IMG/VR virus record: IMGVR_UViG_3300031669_000001 | Coordinates: 248,001 to 312,000 of that record | DNA length: 64,000 bases | Direction: 5' to 3' (one strand) | Shown here: one piece after another, positions 38,179 through 47,009 of the stretch | Layout of the letters: each line of letters starts with the position of its first letter | Position numbering within the stretch: the stretch's first letter is position 1 | Notes under the pieces: model-generated | The model's input: only the letters and a program-made list of their open reading frames with translations | Database searches by the model: none | What the model was told of the DNA's origin: nothing | Made by a program: the position numbers and the translations under genes

Positions 38179-38224
38179 GTCAATCTCCTTGACGTTGTGG
38201 TTAAAAAGCGGAGTCTATCTCCAC
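38176..38224 (-). promoter_or_regulatory. Structured 5' leader of nadV (AUAGA hairpin, CAACGU, SD-sequestering hairpin)
   Basis: GTGGAG-ATAGA-CTCCGC TTTTTAACCA CAAC GTCAA-GGAGA-TTGAC ATG. Confidence 0.65.
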
Positions 38225-38323
38225 TTGGTGGTTACTACTCTTTACTGCCTCTTCTATCAGATGCACCCGCGTTGAACATCAAGATCAACGCAACTGCAAC
38301 TAAATAAATTCCAAACCAAATCA

Positions 38324-38683
38324 TTACAGCCCCATAAACTTTGTGATTAGGTAGAACGGCCAAACTTTTTCCCAAAGCAAATGTTCAAGTGGGAATCCCA
38401 TCGTTAAACCTGCCCAGAATTGCCAGTTCATCAACATCGTTTTGCAACTGTGGTAACACTTTATAGCGAAACCTCGATCATCTATATGATAGTGAGGTTC
38501 TTGTGGGATGTAATCAGCTCTCATAATTTTAGGTGGGGCTGGAATTCTTCCAGCCTTTATTAGCTCTTGTTCCATTACATCCAAGGCTTCTCTACTCAAT
38601 TTTTCACCTCTGCAAACACTACATGAACACGTAAAAGAATGTTGTGTGCCAAATAGAGTCGTACTGCGAGCTGTGTCAATCAC
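38324..38683 (-). CDS. Hypothetical membrane protein
   Basis: C-terminal WQFWAGLTMGFPLEHLLWEKVWPF. Confidence 0.6.
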   Translation of the reverse strand: MIDTARSTTLFGTQHSFTCSCSVCRGEKLSREALDVMEQELIKAGRIPAPPKIMRADYIPQEPHYHIDDRGFAIKCYHSCKTMLMNWQFWAGLTMGFPLEHLLWEKVWPFYLITKFMGL

Positions 38684-38853
38684 AATGATGTCCTCTTCTT
38701 AACTCTTACGTTCTGCGTCTTCAGCAGCTCTTGAAATTCTTTCTTGATGTCATCACATGACTTGTTTGCTTCGGTGTACACGACATCGTAGAATCGATAT
38801 TTTCCACCGGTGCTACCGTTTTTCGGTACAAACTTGATCTCATAGAATGGCAT
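38680..38853 (-). CDS. Hypothetical protein (start MPFYEI)
   Basis: 57-aa ORF. Confidence 0.45.
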   Translation of the reverse strand: MPFYEIKFVPKNGSTGGKYRFYDVVYTEANKSCDDIKKEFQELLKTQNVRVKKRTSL

Positions 38854-38870
38854 TTGAAGTATTATAACAC

Positions 38871-39113
38871 CTATTCTAATGGAAGTACATACCTTTTTTG
38901 GAACTGGAATCCTTCTCCGCGAAGGTAACATCCAAGATATGGACCTCTTTGACCTGGATCACGAGGGAAACCTTCTTCGAACAGCTTAACTTCTCCATAT
39001 CCAAGAGAGTTCAGCCAAGTTTGAAGTTGATCTTTAGTCAAGATATAGTCGTCAAGGTCTTGCCACTCTGTAACGGGAGTATCACAAAACACTCGACGAC
39101 TCTGGTACGTCAT
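38871..39113 (-). CDS. Hypothetical protein
   Basis: 80-aa ORF coupled to the ATP-grasp stop. Confidence 0.55.
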   Translation of the reverse strand: MTYQSRRVFCDTPVTEWQDLDDYILTKDQLQTWLNSLGYGEVKLFEEGFPRDPGQRGPYLGCYLRGEGFQFQKRYVLPLE

Positions 39114-39922
39114 CTCTCCATCCCTTCCAACGCCATCACTATCTCCATCACGTTTCCTGCGTAGAAGCCAGATGCATTGATGGTGTTGATCTCTACTATC
39201 TTCATGCCGTCAGGAGTCTCACAGACGTCAAGTACGTAAGCTCTGTGCGGTTGCCATGCACTCGTTGTCATGCTCAAGGTGATATCACCAAAGCGGATAA
39301 CTTGGGCTGCAAACCAACGCACCGCGTCATCAACGACAGGTGAATAGATCACGCGATTGCCTCTTTTGTAAAGAGAGGCTGTAACAATTTTCTTATCGAC
39401 TATCCAAAAACGGTACTCAGCAAAGATCTTCTTTGGAGTGCAGACTTGGACGAGAGTGCTAGGCATTAAGCTGTTACCGTAGTCCAGTTCCAACACGCAA
39501 ACGTTACGCTGCCAATCCTGAAATTCTTCCCACTCAAAGACCCGGCCAGCGAAGACCTTCGAGTCCTCGATAGGACGAATGAACCGCGGCTCATCATCAG
39601 TCCAATGCACGTCTTTGAACTGAACAACTTTAGCGTCAGCGTTCAGCATCATGTCACCCCAATGCTGCAATTGAATCTCAAAGTTGATAGGCTCGAGATC
39701 ATACACTCCTGGGTTCCAGTTGTTTGCCTTTGCTGCATGACGCATCGAGTATGATCCAAAGCAGATAACTTTGTCCTGCTTGGGTTCAGCGGGCGGTACC
39801 AACTCACCGATGAAGGGTACTACCTTGTGAATAGAGTATGGAATCTTGAAGCGATCCAGCGTTCCAACCAAGTTATCCCACTCGGCTTCATTGAACAAAT
39901 TTGTTTGTAAAATCCAGTGCAT
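39110..39922 (-). CDS. ATP-grasp domain protein (DUF4343/R2K-like)
   Basis: FIRP...K.F.G.V; EYRFWIV; YVLDV...KIVEIN..NASGFY. Confidence 0.8.
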   Translation of the reverse strand: MHWILQTNLFNEAEWDNLVGTLDRFKIPYSIHKVVPFIGELVPPAEPKQDKVICFGSYSMRHAAKANNWNPGVYDLEPINFEIQLQHWGDMMLNADAKVVQFKDVHWTDDEPRFIRPIEDSKVFAGRVFEWEEFQDWQRNVCVLELDYGNSLMPSTLVQVCTPKKIFAEYRFWIVDKKIVTASLYKRGNRVIYSPVVDDAVRWFAAQVIRFGDITLSMTTSAWQPHRAYVLDVCETPDGMKIVEINTINASGFYAGNVMEIVMALEGMER

Positions 39923-39986
39923 TAGCAGAATACCGAGTAGATCATCATTAACAACGAAATCGTTACGAAGATTGTGATGAAGAGTT

Positions 39987-40223
39987 TCATCCTAGTTTCC
40001 TTAACATGTTTGCGACGCTGTCCTTTGGAATGCAATCTGGGTCGCTCTTTCCACTAGCGACGAGGTTATCAATTCCTCTTTCAATGATCATCTTCCGGCC
40101 AATTGTGTTCATTGCCCGCATCGCGGTGAATATTCTTTCTGTTGTGATGGAGTTGTGACGCTTTGGATCTAGTCCATTAGCTTCATTGTAAATTTGCGTC
40201 AGCTCTTCATTTGTGAACAACAT
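39987..40223 (-). CDS. Hypothetical protein
   Basis: 78-aa ORF. Confidence 0.55.
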   Translation of the reverse strand: MLFTNEELTQIYNEANGLDPKRHNSITTERIFTAMRAMNTIGRKMIIERGIDNLVASGKSDPDCIPKDSVANMLRKLG

Positions 40224-40255
40224 CTTTCAATCCTTTCAATCCTCTGGGATCGTGT

Positions 40256-41413
40256 TCATAATTTCCCCAGCATGTACTCGATGATGAAGTAGTGATCTTC
40301 GAAGAACATCTCAGGGCTCTTCATCACTTCATCCAATGGAACCCACCAGGCCTTCTCAGCATCATCGTCACCCTTAACCTTCGGCAGCGATATCTTGCCG
40401 TCTACTACGAAGTCAGGCAGCTTAAACAAAAATCCCTTGGTGACAGTGCGACCGCGTAAGGAACGTTCAGGATAATCGAAGTCTTCTTTGAAGATCATCG
40501 AGCTGCGCAGAATCGGTTCAGGAACCTTGATGCGAGTCTCTTCACGCAGTTCACGGATTGCAGCTTCAAACAATCGTTCTTTGGGGTTCAAGAAGCCTCC
40601 AGGCAGCGCCCACAAACCTTTTCCAGGACGGCTACGACGTTTAACCAGCAGCACGTGACCAGTTTGGATGACGATTGAATCAACCGTCTGGAAGATTGGT
40701 TCGTAGCGAAGACCGGGATCATTTTGACCATAAGTTCCAGGATCACGTGGTATGTTCGGTTTACGATACTCGATGTTGAAGAGATGCTCTTCACGCAGGT
40801 TGTCGTAGAATGGAGTCTCTTCGAAAGCGCGAAGCTCATTAATCGTTTCAGCTGGCAAGAATGCGTTCAATAACAATTCTGCGTGGTTAGCGGTGATCTC
40901 GTTGCCATCGAATGAACGGCCAAAGTAGATTTCACGGACTGCGGTGGCGGTCAAGAAGCGACTGACTTCCATATTTTCATCGACCATGTCAGCGATGAAG
41001 TTAGGAAAGTACTTCAAGTAGAACGTTGAGGAATCACGATCAGCACCAGTGATTCTGATCTCAATGTCTTTGGGATTGAGTTTGACTTGCTCAGCGCTAT
41101 CAACGAACTCGTTGATCACCTTGTTAACGTTTGCTATCCAAAGTTGATCATTGTAGGGGAAGTCTCGAATGCCACGCACTGATACCGGTGCATTTTTAGC
41201 GTGTGGAGTCCAAGGACGAGATGCCCACTTATCAATGACGCTTGCACGTTCTTCAAACGTCCAGGGATTTTTGGGATTTCTTGCTTGATTGATGGAACCG
41301 ATGAGGACCAGCACAGCGTCCGAGCGCTCACGTGCTCGCTTCAGAACTTCTGCATGTCCATTGTGGAATGGGGAAAATCGACCGATGTACACGGTCAGTA
41401 CAAACTTAGCCAT
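40256..41413 (-). CDS. natV: Bifunctional NMN adenylyltransferase / ADP-ribose pyrophosphatase (NadM-Nudix, NatV)
   Basis: YIGRFSPFHNGH, KNPWTFEER, D.PYNDQLW; Nudix box GLWALPGGF...E.L.EAAIRELREET; DDAEKAWW; FFEDH. Confidence 0.95.
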   Translation of the reverse strand: MAKFVLTVYIGRFSPFHNGHAEVLKRARERSDAVLVLIGSINQARNPKNPWTFEERASVIDKWASRPWTPHAKNAPVSVRGIRDFPYNDQLWIANVNKVINEFVDSAEQVKLNPKDIEIRITGADRDSSTFYLKYFPNFIADMVDENMEVSRFLTATAVREIYFGRSFDGNEITANHAELLLNAFLPAETINELRAFEETPFYDNLREEHLFNIEYRKPNIPRDPGTYGQNDPGLRYEPIFQTVDSIVIQTGHVLLVKRRSRPGKGLWALPGGFLNPKERLFEAAIRELREETRIKVPEPILRSSMIFKEDFDYPERSLRGRTVTKGFLFKLPDFVVDGKISLPKVKGDDDAEKAWWVPLDEVMKSPEMFFEDHYFIIEYMLGKL

Positions 41414-41457
41414 AAGAGCTCCTCTTACGTTGGAAAGTGTGAACGTCTATCGTTCAC
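41411..41457 (-). promoter_or_regulatory. Structured 5' leader of natV (AUAGA hairpin, CAACGU, SD-sequestering hairpin)
   Basis: GTGAACG-ATAGA-CGTTCAC ACTTTC CAACG TAAGAG-GAG-CTCTTA TG. Confidence 0.65.
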
Positions 41458-41468
41458 TGCATATTTAC

Positions 41469-41497
41469 ATCTTAACACATATTTGAGAAAAAGTACA
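41469..41497 (-). promoter_or_regulatory. Early promoter for natV
   Basis: TGTACT-N17-TAAGAT. Confidence 0.65.
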
Positions 41498-41704
41498 CTA
41501 GATTGTCCATTCTTTTTCAAATTTGTTTGCATCTGACTTCAACTTAAATCTGAACTGCCACATGTCAGATGCTAGAGTTTTCCACTCGAGATGCCTTGTT
41601 CCGACATTTTCATTACACCACCTACCCATCTCTATGCGAATGTCAAGATCGTCAGGTATGATGTTCACCTGATGTCGCATTGGAGTTGTGTATCTGCAGG
41701 TCAT
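41498..41704 (-). CDS. Hypothetical protein
   Basis: 68-aa ORF. Confidence 0.5.
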   Translation of the reverse strand: MTCRYTTPMRHQVNIIPDDLDIRIEMGRWCNENVGTRHLEWKTLASDMWQFRFKLKSDANKFEKEWTI

Positions 41705-41949
41705 AGAGCTGACAACATACCTGCAATTTCTTTTATCTGTTCGAAAGCATGAACAATCTCATTCTCACGATCCATATCTGTCGTTAACTCTTTAACCTTA
41801 TCAAGATCAAGAATGTTCTCCATGATCTCAGAATATTCTGAAGCTGTAATTTGATTGCTTTGAAAGGCTGACATCGCGTTGATTGTAAGATTTGCAGCGC
41901 TTTTGATGATTGGATCTGCTGAACGAAGATAGTTACTGAGAATAGTCAT
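41701..41949 (-). CDS. Hypothetical helical protein
   Basis: 82-aa ORF coupled to the lipoprotein gene. Confidence 0.6.
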   Translation of the reverse strand: MTILSNYLRSADPIIKSAANLTINAMSAFQSNQITASEYSEIMENILDLDKVKELTTDMDRENEIVHAFEQIKEIAGMLSAL

Positions 41950-42340
41950 TGTGTTTGCCTCCTACGGCCTTTACTATTTCTAGCAGAGAGGATTGTTGAA
42001 CTTGCAGCTTCAACTTACAATACATCTCTGTAGGTGGTGGAGCATTTCCAGTATAAGATTTGATCATTTCATCTAAGTCTGCTTTGACTATCTCCGTAGC
42101 TTGTATCAGATTCTTTTCACCGCCATGATATTGATCGTAGATAAGGGCTTCATCCAAAGAAGTGATTACTTCATGGATGTTATTGACTATGCTTGATGAA
42201 TCACTACAGTCGGTATTAGAAAGCTGAACAGAAGCTTTCACGTATTTATCGTACAACACGTTATCAAACGGCTGTGGAAGTACCGTACAACCAGCTAACA
42301 ATAAGAGGAGAAAATATTTCACAGTGAAACAATTTGCCAC
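41933..42340 (-). CDS. Putative lipoprotein
   Basis: YFLLLLLAGC lipobox. Confidence 0.65.
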   Translation of the reverse strand: MANCFTVKYFLLLLLAGCTVLPQPFDNVLYDKYVKASVQLSNTDCSDSSSIVNNIHEVITSLDEALIYDQYHGGEKNLIQATEIVKADLDEMIKSYTGNAPPPTEMYCKLKLQVQQSSLLEIVKAVGGKHNDYSQ

Positions 42341-42573
42341 TTGAAAACTGAGTTCTCAATCACTCCACGGCTCAAAGTTATCTCTGCATCTTCTCGATTT
42401 GAAACTATCGTGAATGAGTCACAAGATCTGAGAAGCTCTTGAATGTTATCTCTTTCTTCTGCGGCTTCTTCCGATGAAGAAAATAACCCAGTAGCGCTAC
42501 CTTCAAATTCTCCTACTTTACTGTACACATGAACATGTACCAAGTAGCCATGTTCTACGTCAAGATCATCCAT
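42319..42573 (-). CDS. Hypothetical protein
   Basis: 84-aa ORF with GAGG RBS. Confidence 0.55.
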   Translation of the reverse strand: MDDLDVEHGYLVHVHVYSKVGEFEGSATGLFSSSEEAAEERDNIQELLRSCDSFTIVSNREDAEITLSRGVIENSVFKWQIVSL

Positions 42574-42582
42574 AAAAATTCC

Positions 42583-43293
42583 TCAGTTAACGATTCGTGA
42601 AGTGTTTGGTTGAAGCGTGTTACGTCTATTTAAACTTCCATCAGAATCCTTGAACCACGTCGTGTACATGATCTGTTGACTCATTGTCTGTAGTTCATTA
42701 AATGCGTGGATTACAACTTCAAGTAACTTTTCAGGAGCTACAAAATTTCCAGATCCATCGTTGACGTCAAGCAAAAGTTTGTGCTTTACCTGGGACTTCT
42801 CAAACGCTCTAATGAAGTCCATCTGTTCTTCATCCTTCTTATCGAAGTTGAATGATAACCCATCGTCCTTGATGAAATCGAAAGATGAAGTGTGAAGAAG
42901 AACCAACAACGTGTTATCCAGAAAAGCTGGATAATTTTGCTCTAAGTTGAAAACGTAATCACCTGAATAACCGCGGTAGCGATGAGAATAAACTGCTTCT
43001 CCGAGGTGAGCCCTGTTCATGATAAATGGAACATCAGTAGACAGCAGCTTCATCATGTCAATGAAAGAAGCTGCTTGATACAGTTTTTGTGCCAAAGATT
43101 TAACGTTTGCCCCATCATAATCATCCGGAACATTCAGGACTTGTCTAGCCTGCTTCACGTAATGATCTAGAATTTCAGGCTTTTGATAATGGATCTCTTG
43201 GAAGAACCCTAAGCGATTTTTGATGCCACTTATGAGCGTGTTCTTTCCAAGGCGATCGATGCCTTCGATTATGATAGAATTTAGCATTGTCAA
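42583..43293 (-). CDS. Thymidylate-kinase-like dNMP kinase
   Basis: IIIEGIDRLGKNT P-loop; IMNRAHLGEAVYS..YRGY. Confidence 0.8.
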   Translation of the reverse strand: MTMLNSIIIEGIDRLGKNTLISGIKNRLGFFQEIHYQKPEILDHYVKQARQVLNVPDDYDGANVKSLAQKLYQAASFIDMMKLLSTDVPFIMNRAHLGEAVYSHRYRGYSGDYVFNLEQNYPAFLDNTLLVLLHTSSFDFIKDDGLSFNFDKKDEEQMDFIRAFEKSQVKHKLLLDVNDGSGNFVAPEKLLEVVIHAFNELQTMSQQIMYTTWFKDSDGSLNRRNTLQPNTSRIVN

Positions 43294-43653
43294 TTACATC
43301 TTTGTGCCAGGGCGTGCAAGCTTGATGTTGGATGTTTGTTCCAGGTAACCATCTTCAACAGCTTTTTCTGCTGGGTAAACGGCAGCTGCACAATTTGTGA
43401 GGTTGATGGTGAACATTCCATCTTGATTTCCGAGAGACCACGGGAAGAAGGCGATAGCCATTTCATTCTTGTTGATCTGTTGTGCAGTGATACCGCGAAC
43501 TTTTTCAATCGTGATGTTGCCTTCTGGTTCCCAAGGACCTTTACCAGTGAATTGATAACCATCTTCTGAACCACCAAGCAGTACCTTTTTGTCTTCAACC
43601 ACGCGACCTAGAATTTCTTCACCACTGTTCAAACGTACGCATACTACTTTCAT
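43294..43653 (-). CDS. Sm-like-fold phage protein
   Basis: VCVRLNSGEEILGRV...FFPW pattern of small beta-barrel proteins in T4-like phages. Confidence 0.55.
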   Translation of the reverse strand: MKVVCVRLNSGEEILGRVVEDKKVLLGGSEDGYQFTGKGPWEPEGNITIEKVRGITAQQINKNEMAIAFFPWSLGNQDGMFTINLTNCAAAVYPAEKAVEDGYLEQTSNIKLARPGTKM

Positions 43654-43686
43654 ATATTTCTCCTGTTATTTGTTTGTTGTATTTTA

Positions 43687-43812
43687 TGTCGGCGCGAGCA
43701 GGATGCCGGTATTCACTTCGCTAATCTCGCGCTGCTCGGGCGTGGCATCTTTTTCCTCGACGATGCGCTGCACATCGCCCTGTGCGTCGCGCACGATGCG
43801 TCCGTAGCCGTG
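43687..43812 (-). pseudogene. glmU: 126-bp internal fragment of a bacterial glmU gene
   Basis: Alternative frame reads [42 protein letters not shown], matching GlmU GYGRI...IVE.KDA..EQ..I.E.NTGI. 80/126 GC; 32/42 codons end in G/C. Confidence 0.9.
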
Positions 43813-44683
43813 ATGTGAGCCAACGCGTAAATTCAAACTCTTGAGGGATAGCTTCGAATTGACAAGCTCTCAAGAACTTAACTTCCGCTGGACCACTGAT
43901 AGGAGGACAAGAAATTTCCTCATAGGGATCTTTTTTGGTAGTTGGTAACGACAGAAAGTTTTCTCTATTTTCGATTGTCGATCCTGTGATCTTCTCAAGA
44001 AGCTCGAAGTGTCGTTCGTAAACGTGAAAAGAATCTGCAGAGTGATGATAGTTACCGTACTTCAACTCTGGATAAAATTCACGCAATGCATTGAGCACCA
44101 TCTCATGAGTAAAACTGAAAGCTGGAGCATCATTTGCCATTCCATAGACAGAATCCTGTGAACGCATCCTAACGCTCATGTTCAGAAAGTTTTCACGAAT
44201 CCTGAAGTTTAGCGCGTATGTACAAGGGACGTCATTAGTGTCGCTAAGAAGATGATCTCTGCTTAGAATCGATATAGAAGCTCTGCGAGAATCTTTGTCA
44301 TTCTTTAACTGATTGACGACGTTGTCAAATTGACTTACGGGAGTATCTCTGAAGATATATTGCCCGTAGTTTGAGTTTATGGATCCATCACGATTGATGA
44401 GATTGCCCCACATCTTTGCAAAGTCTGCTATGGAAGTATCAAACTTGTCACCTTTCAGGTACCAGAGAAATTCTCTCTTGACGTAGTCTAACTTGAAGCC
44501 GCGAGATGCAAAGCTTGTGAATCGGACGAAAGGTGGAAGGTTGTAGGTATAGTTTTCTATTTCAATGGACTTTTGACCTCGAGGAGATACTCTCTTTCCT
44601 CTTGCAATTAAGTCTTCATAGATGTTTCTAAATGTTGATTCGCTACTGACTACATTATCGTTGTGGTGTCCTGCATTTGACAT
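43721..44683 (-). CDS. Thymidylate-synthase-fold enzyme, probable dCMP hydroxymethylase/modifying enzyme
   Basis: DSRRA, DVPCT catalytic Cys, [13 protein letters not shown] (Asp in place of the ThyA Asn), SFHVYERH. The last ~29 aa derive out of frame from the glmU insert. Confidence 0.75.
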   Translation of the reverse strand: MSNAGHHNDNVVSSESTFRNIYEDLIARGKRVSPRGQKSIEIENYTYNLPPFVRFTSFASRGFKLDYVKREFLWYLKGDKFDTSIADFAKMWGNLINRDGSINSNYGQYIFRDTPVSQFDNVVNQLKNDKDSRRASISILSRDHLLSDTNDVPCTYALNFRIRENFLNMSVRMRSQDSVYGMANDAPAFSFTHEMVLNALREFYPELKYGNYHHSADSFHVYERHFELLEKITGSTIENRENFLSLPTTKKDPYEEISCPPISGPAEVKFLRACQFEAIPQEFEFTRWLTSRLRTHRARRTGRCAAHRRGKRCHARAARD

Positions 44684-44839
44684 TATTCATCCCATCCTGG
44701 ATAAGGACCTAGTTTTATTGTTCTTGATTGATTTCCATCTTGCCTATTTTGGTATGTCGGGTATTTGAGGCATTATTTCAGGTGTTCTAAAGCATTCATT
44801 TGAATTTCCTTGATGTCGATCATTTCCATGATTTGATCA

Positions 44840-44868
44840 ATTATAACTTCACTGTAGCAAGAAGTAAA
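44840..44868 (-). promoter_or_regulatory. Early promoter for the ThyA-fold/kinase operon
   Basis: TTTACT-N17-TATAAT. Confidence 0.8.
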
Positions 44869-44880
44869 TTATTCCTACAT

Positions 44881-45984
44881 TTATTTTGACAAAGATTTTG
44901 ATAGATTTTTTGATAATTCATCTTCAATCAATTTAACATTTTTAATCAATCGGGCATCAGTTGGCTCAAATTCAAGTGCTTTTTTTGCCAAAGTCAATGA
45001 TTCTTCTTTAAGACCTAAATTATAAGCTGCTATAGCACAATAATCATAAGGAAAAGAATACCAAGCGGCGGGCTCACAAATATACGACATCGGCTTCTCG
45101 GTGATCTGCAACATTCGTTTCATGGCAAAGTAGAGACCATGCCAATTTTGCATCTGATAGTAAGTTTTTCCAAGGTCTAACCATGGCTCACGTTCACCAA
45201 TAGCTTCAGCGCACGCTTTCAAACCCCAAATTTCAGCTTGCTTAACGTCACCCTTTTCAAGGTAGCATCTAGATAGGAATCTCATAGAAGCGCAACGCTC
45301 AGCATCCCACTTAGCACGTGGAAGAGATAGATGTCGCTTCAATTCATCGATAGCTTTGTCATACTGTTTGTAGTACATGTATTCTCGACCGAGATAGTGA
45401 GAATTTCTGTCATCTTCAGGTTCATCTCTACAACCCATCTCCAATAGAGGTAGGTAACTTCCTCTAGACTTTGTTTTATCAGGATAATGAAAGAGCGTGA
45501 AGTCATGACAGTAAGTTTGAACTTCTTTGATGTCATAGTTGTGAAGAACTTCATGGACAGGTTTTACCCAACGATAACCTTTGCGAGAGTGAATCTTGTC
45601 ATACCAAAAAGTGGTCCCAGGTCTACCATCTGGAAGAGTGTTCCAGACGTATTGATAGCGAAGTCTAGTTGTTTCAGGAGTCCATGCTTTTTCGATCGCA
45701 GCTCTCCAACCTGGTGTAAGAACCTCATCAAGATCGATACAGACGCAGACGTCTACATCTTCTGGAACGAACTGTAATGATGCATTACGAGGAATGTCAA
45801 ACCTCCACGGCTTCATCTCGATCGAGTGAACTATCGCACCTTCATCCCGAAGCATCTGTACTGTGTTGTCTGTTGATCCGGTGTCAGCAACCACGATAAG
45901 GTCAGCTTCATCTTTGATAGAAGCCATGAAGCGCTTTACAAACTTTTCCTCATTCTTACAGATTGTGTAAACTGCTATCTTCAT
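44881..45984 (-). CDS. GT2 glycosyltransferase with TPR-like C-terminus
   Basis: AVYTICKNEE, VVADTGSTD.T, FDIPRN, IDLDE (DxD), VHE; helical TPR-like tail. Confidence 0.9.
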   Translation of the reverse strand: MKIAVYTICKNEEKFVKRFMASIKDEADLIVVADTGSTDNTVQMLRDEGAIVHSIEMKPWRFDIPRNASLQFVPEDVDVCVCIDLDEVLTPGWRAAIEKAWTPETTRLRYQYVWNTLPDGRPGTTFWYDKIHSRKGYRWVKPVHEVLHNYDIKEVQTYCHDFTLFHYPDKTKSRGSYLPLLEMGCRDEPEDDRNSHYLGREYMYYKQYDKAIDELKRHLSLPRAKWDAERCASMRFLSRCYLEKGDVKQAEIWGLKACAEAIGEREPWLDLGKTYYQMQNWHGLYFAMKRMLQITEKPMSYICEPAAWYSFPYDYCAIAAYNLGLKEESLTLAKKALEFEPTDARLIKNVKLIEDELSKNLSKSLSK

Positions 45985-47000
45985 TTTGCTTCCTTTATCT
46001 GCTTTGTAAGTTGATCAAATCTTGTTCCCCAACAACCTGCGTTATATTCGTAGCCGTATGTACGCTCTGTGATCTTTGCTGCACGTTCCATTGTAGCAAC
46101 AGCATCTGATTGTCGACCAGCTTCAAGATAAGTTTGTGCTAGATAAACAACGTATTCACGAACCTTAGGTGCATGCTTGACTACGTTCATCATGTTCATG
46201 ATCGCCGAATCATAATCCTTCTGACGCTTGTTGATTCCAGAGAGTTGATAATGTAGAAAGGCCTTATCAGAATCAGGTAATGTGAGAGCATGCTCAATCG
46301 CTTCTGCCGCTTCTCGATAGAAACCTGCGTTGATATATTCACCTGCTAGAAATGAAAATGTCTTCCAACGCTTCTTATCTTCGATAGCAGACTGTTTAAG
46401 CATCGTAAGATAACTTCCTCTATTCTTTGAGGTGTCTGGTTTTTGAGTCATTTGAATGTCTTTGAGCCACCTAACTTCATCAGGCGTACCATCACACTTA
46501 ACAATATGTTCGTGAACAGGAAGCTTCCACATATAACCATGTCGAGTGTGAATTCTTTCATGCCAATGTTCACTTACATTGCTGTTAGTTGTCTGCCAAT
46601 CCCAGATCGTTCTGAACCTGTGGTGATAACGATCATGTGGTTTACCTCTAGCTGCGATATCTTCCTCAACTGCAGTCTTTAAGATTTGGTACCAACCAGG
46701 CTCCAGCATCTCATCTGCATCAATGGAAACGCAAATATCAACATCACTTGGTAATGACATGAGAGCTGTATTGCGCGCATCGTCGAAACGCCACGGACTA
46801 ACGAATATATTTTTGACGATAAGATTTTTATGTTCTTTGCTTAAATCTGCTAAAATGTCGATTGTCTCATCTTTTGATCCAGTATCACAAATTACGATGG
46901 AATCAGCTTCTTTTATCGATTCATAACAACGTTTTATGAATTCTTTTTCATCTTTGCAGATCATGTAAATGCCTATCTTTACTGTCATTAAATTCTCCAT
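45981..47000 (-). CDS. GT2 glycosyltransferase with TPR-like C-terminus (paralogue)
   Basis: GIYMICKDE, ICDTGSKD.T, WRFDDARN, SIDADE, VHE. Confidence 0.9.
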   Translation of the reverse strand: MENLMTVKIGIYMICKDEKEFIKRCYESIKEADSIVICDTGSKDETIDILADLSKEHKNLIVKNIFVSPWRFDDARNTALMSLPSDVDICVSIDADEMLEPGWYQILKTAVEEDIAARGKPHDRYHHRFRTIWDWQTTNSNVSEHWHERIHTRHGYMWKLPVHEHIVKCDGTPDEVRWLKDIQMTQKPDTSKNRGSYLTMLKQSAIEDKKRWKTFSFLAGEYINAGFYREAAEAIEHALTLPDSDKAFLHYQLSGINKRQKDYDSAIMNMMNVVKHAPKVREYVVYLAQTYLEAGRQSDAVATMERAAKITERTYGYEYNAGCWGTRFDQLTKQIKEAK

Positions 47001-47001
47001 G

Positions 47002-47009
47002 CATAAATA
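47002..47009 (+). promoter_or_regulatory. Late promoter box
   Basis: CATAAATA upstream of 47067. Confidence 0.6.

Noticed and set aside
44684-44839. Small ORFs or RNA element in the 150-nt leader of the ThyA-fold gene
   Set aside because: Only very short ORFs and no convincing stable structure.
44881-47000. GT2 pair as DNA (hmC) glycosyltransferases
   Set aside because: T4 alpha/beta-glucosyltransferases are GT-B fold; these are GT-A with TPR-like tails, separated from the ThyA-fold operon by an internal promoter and adjacent to the collagen. Not excluded, but less likely.
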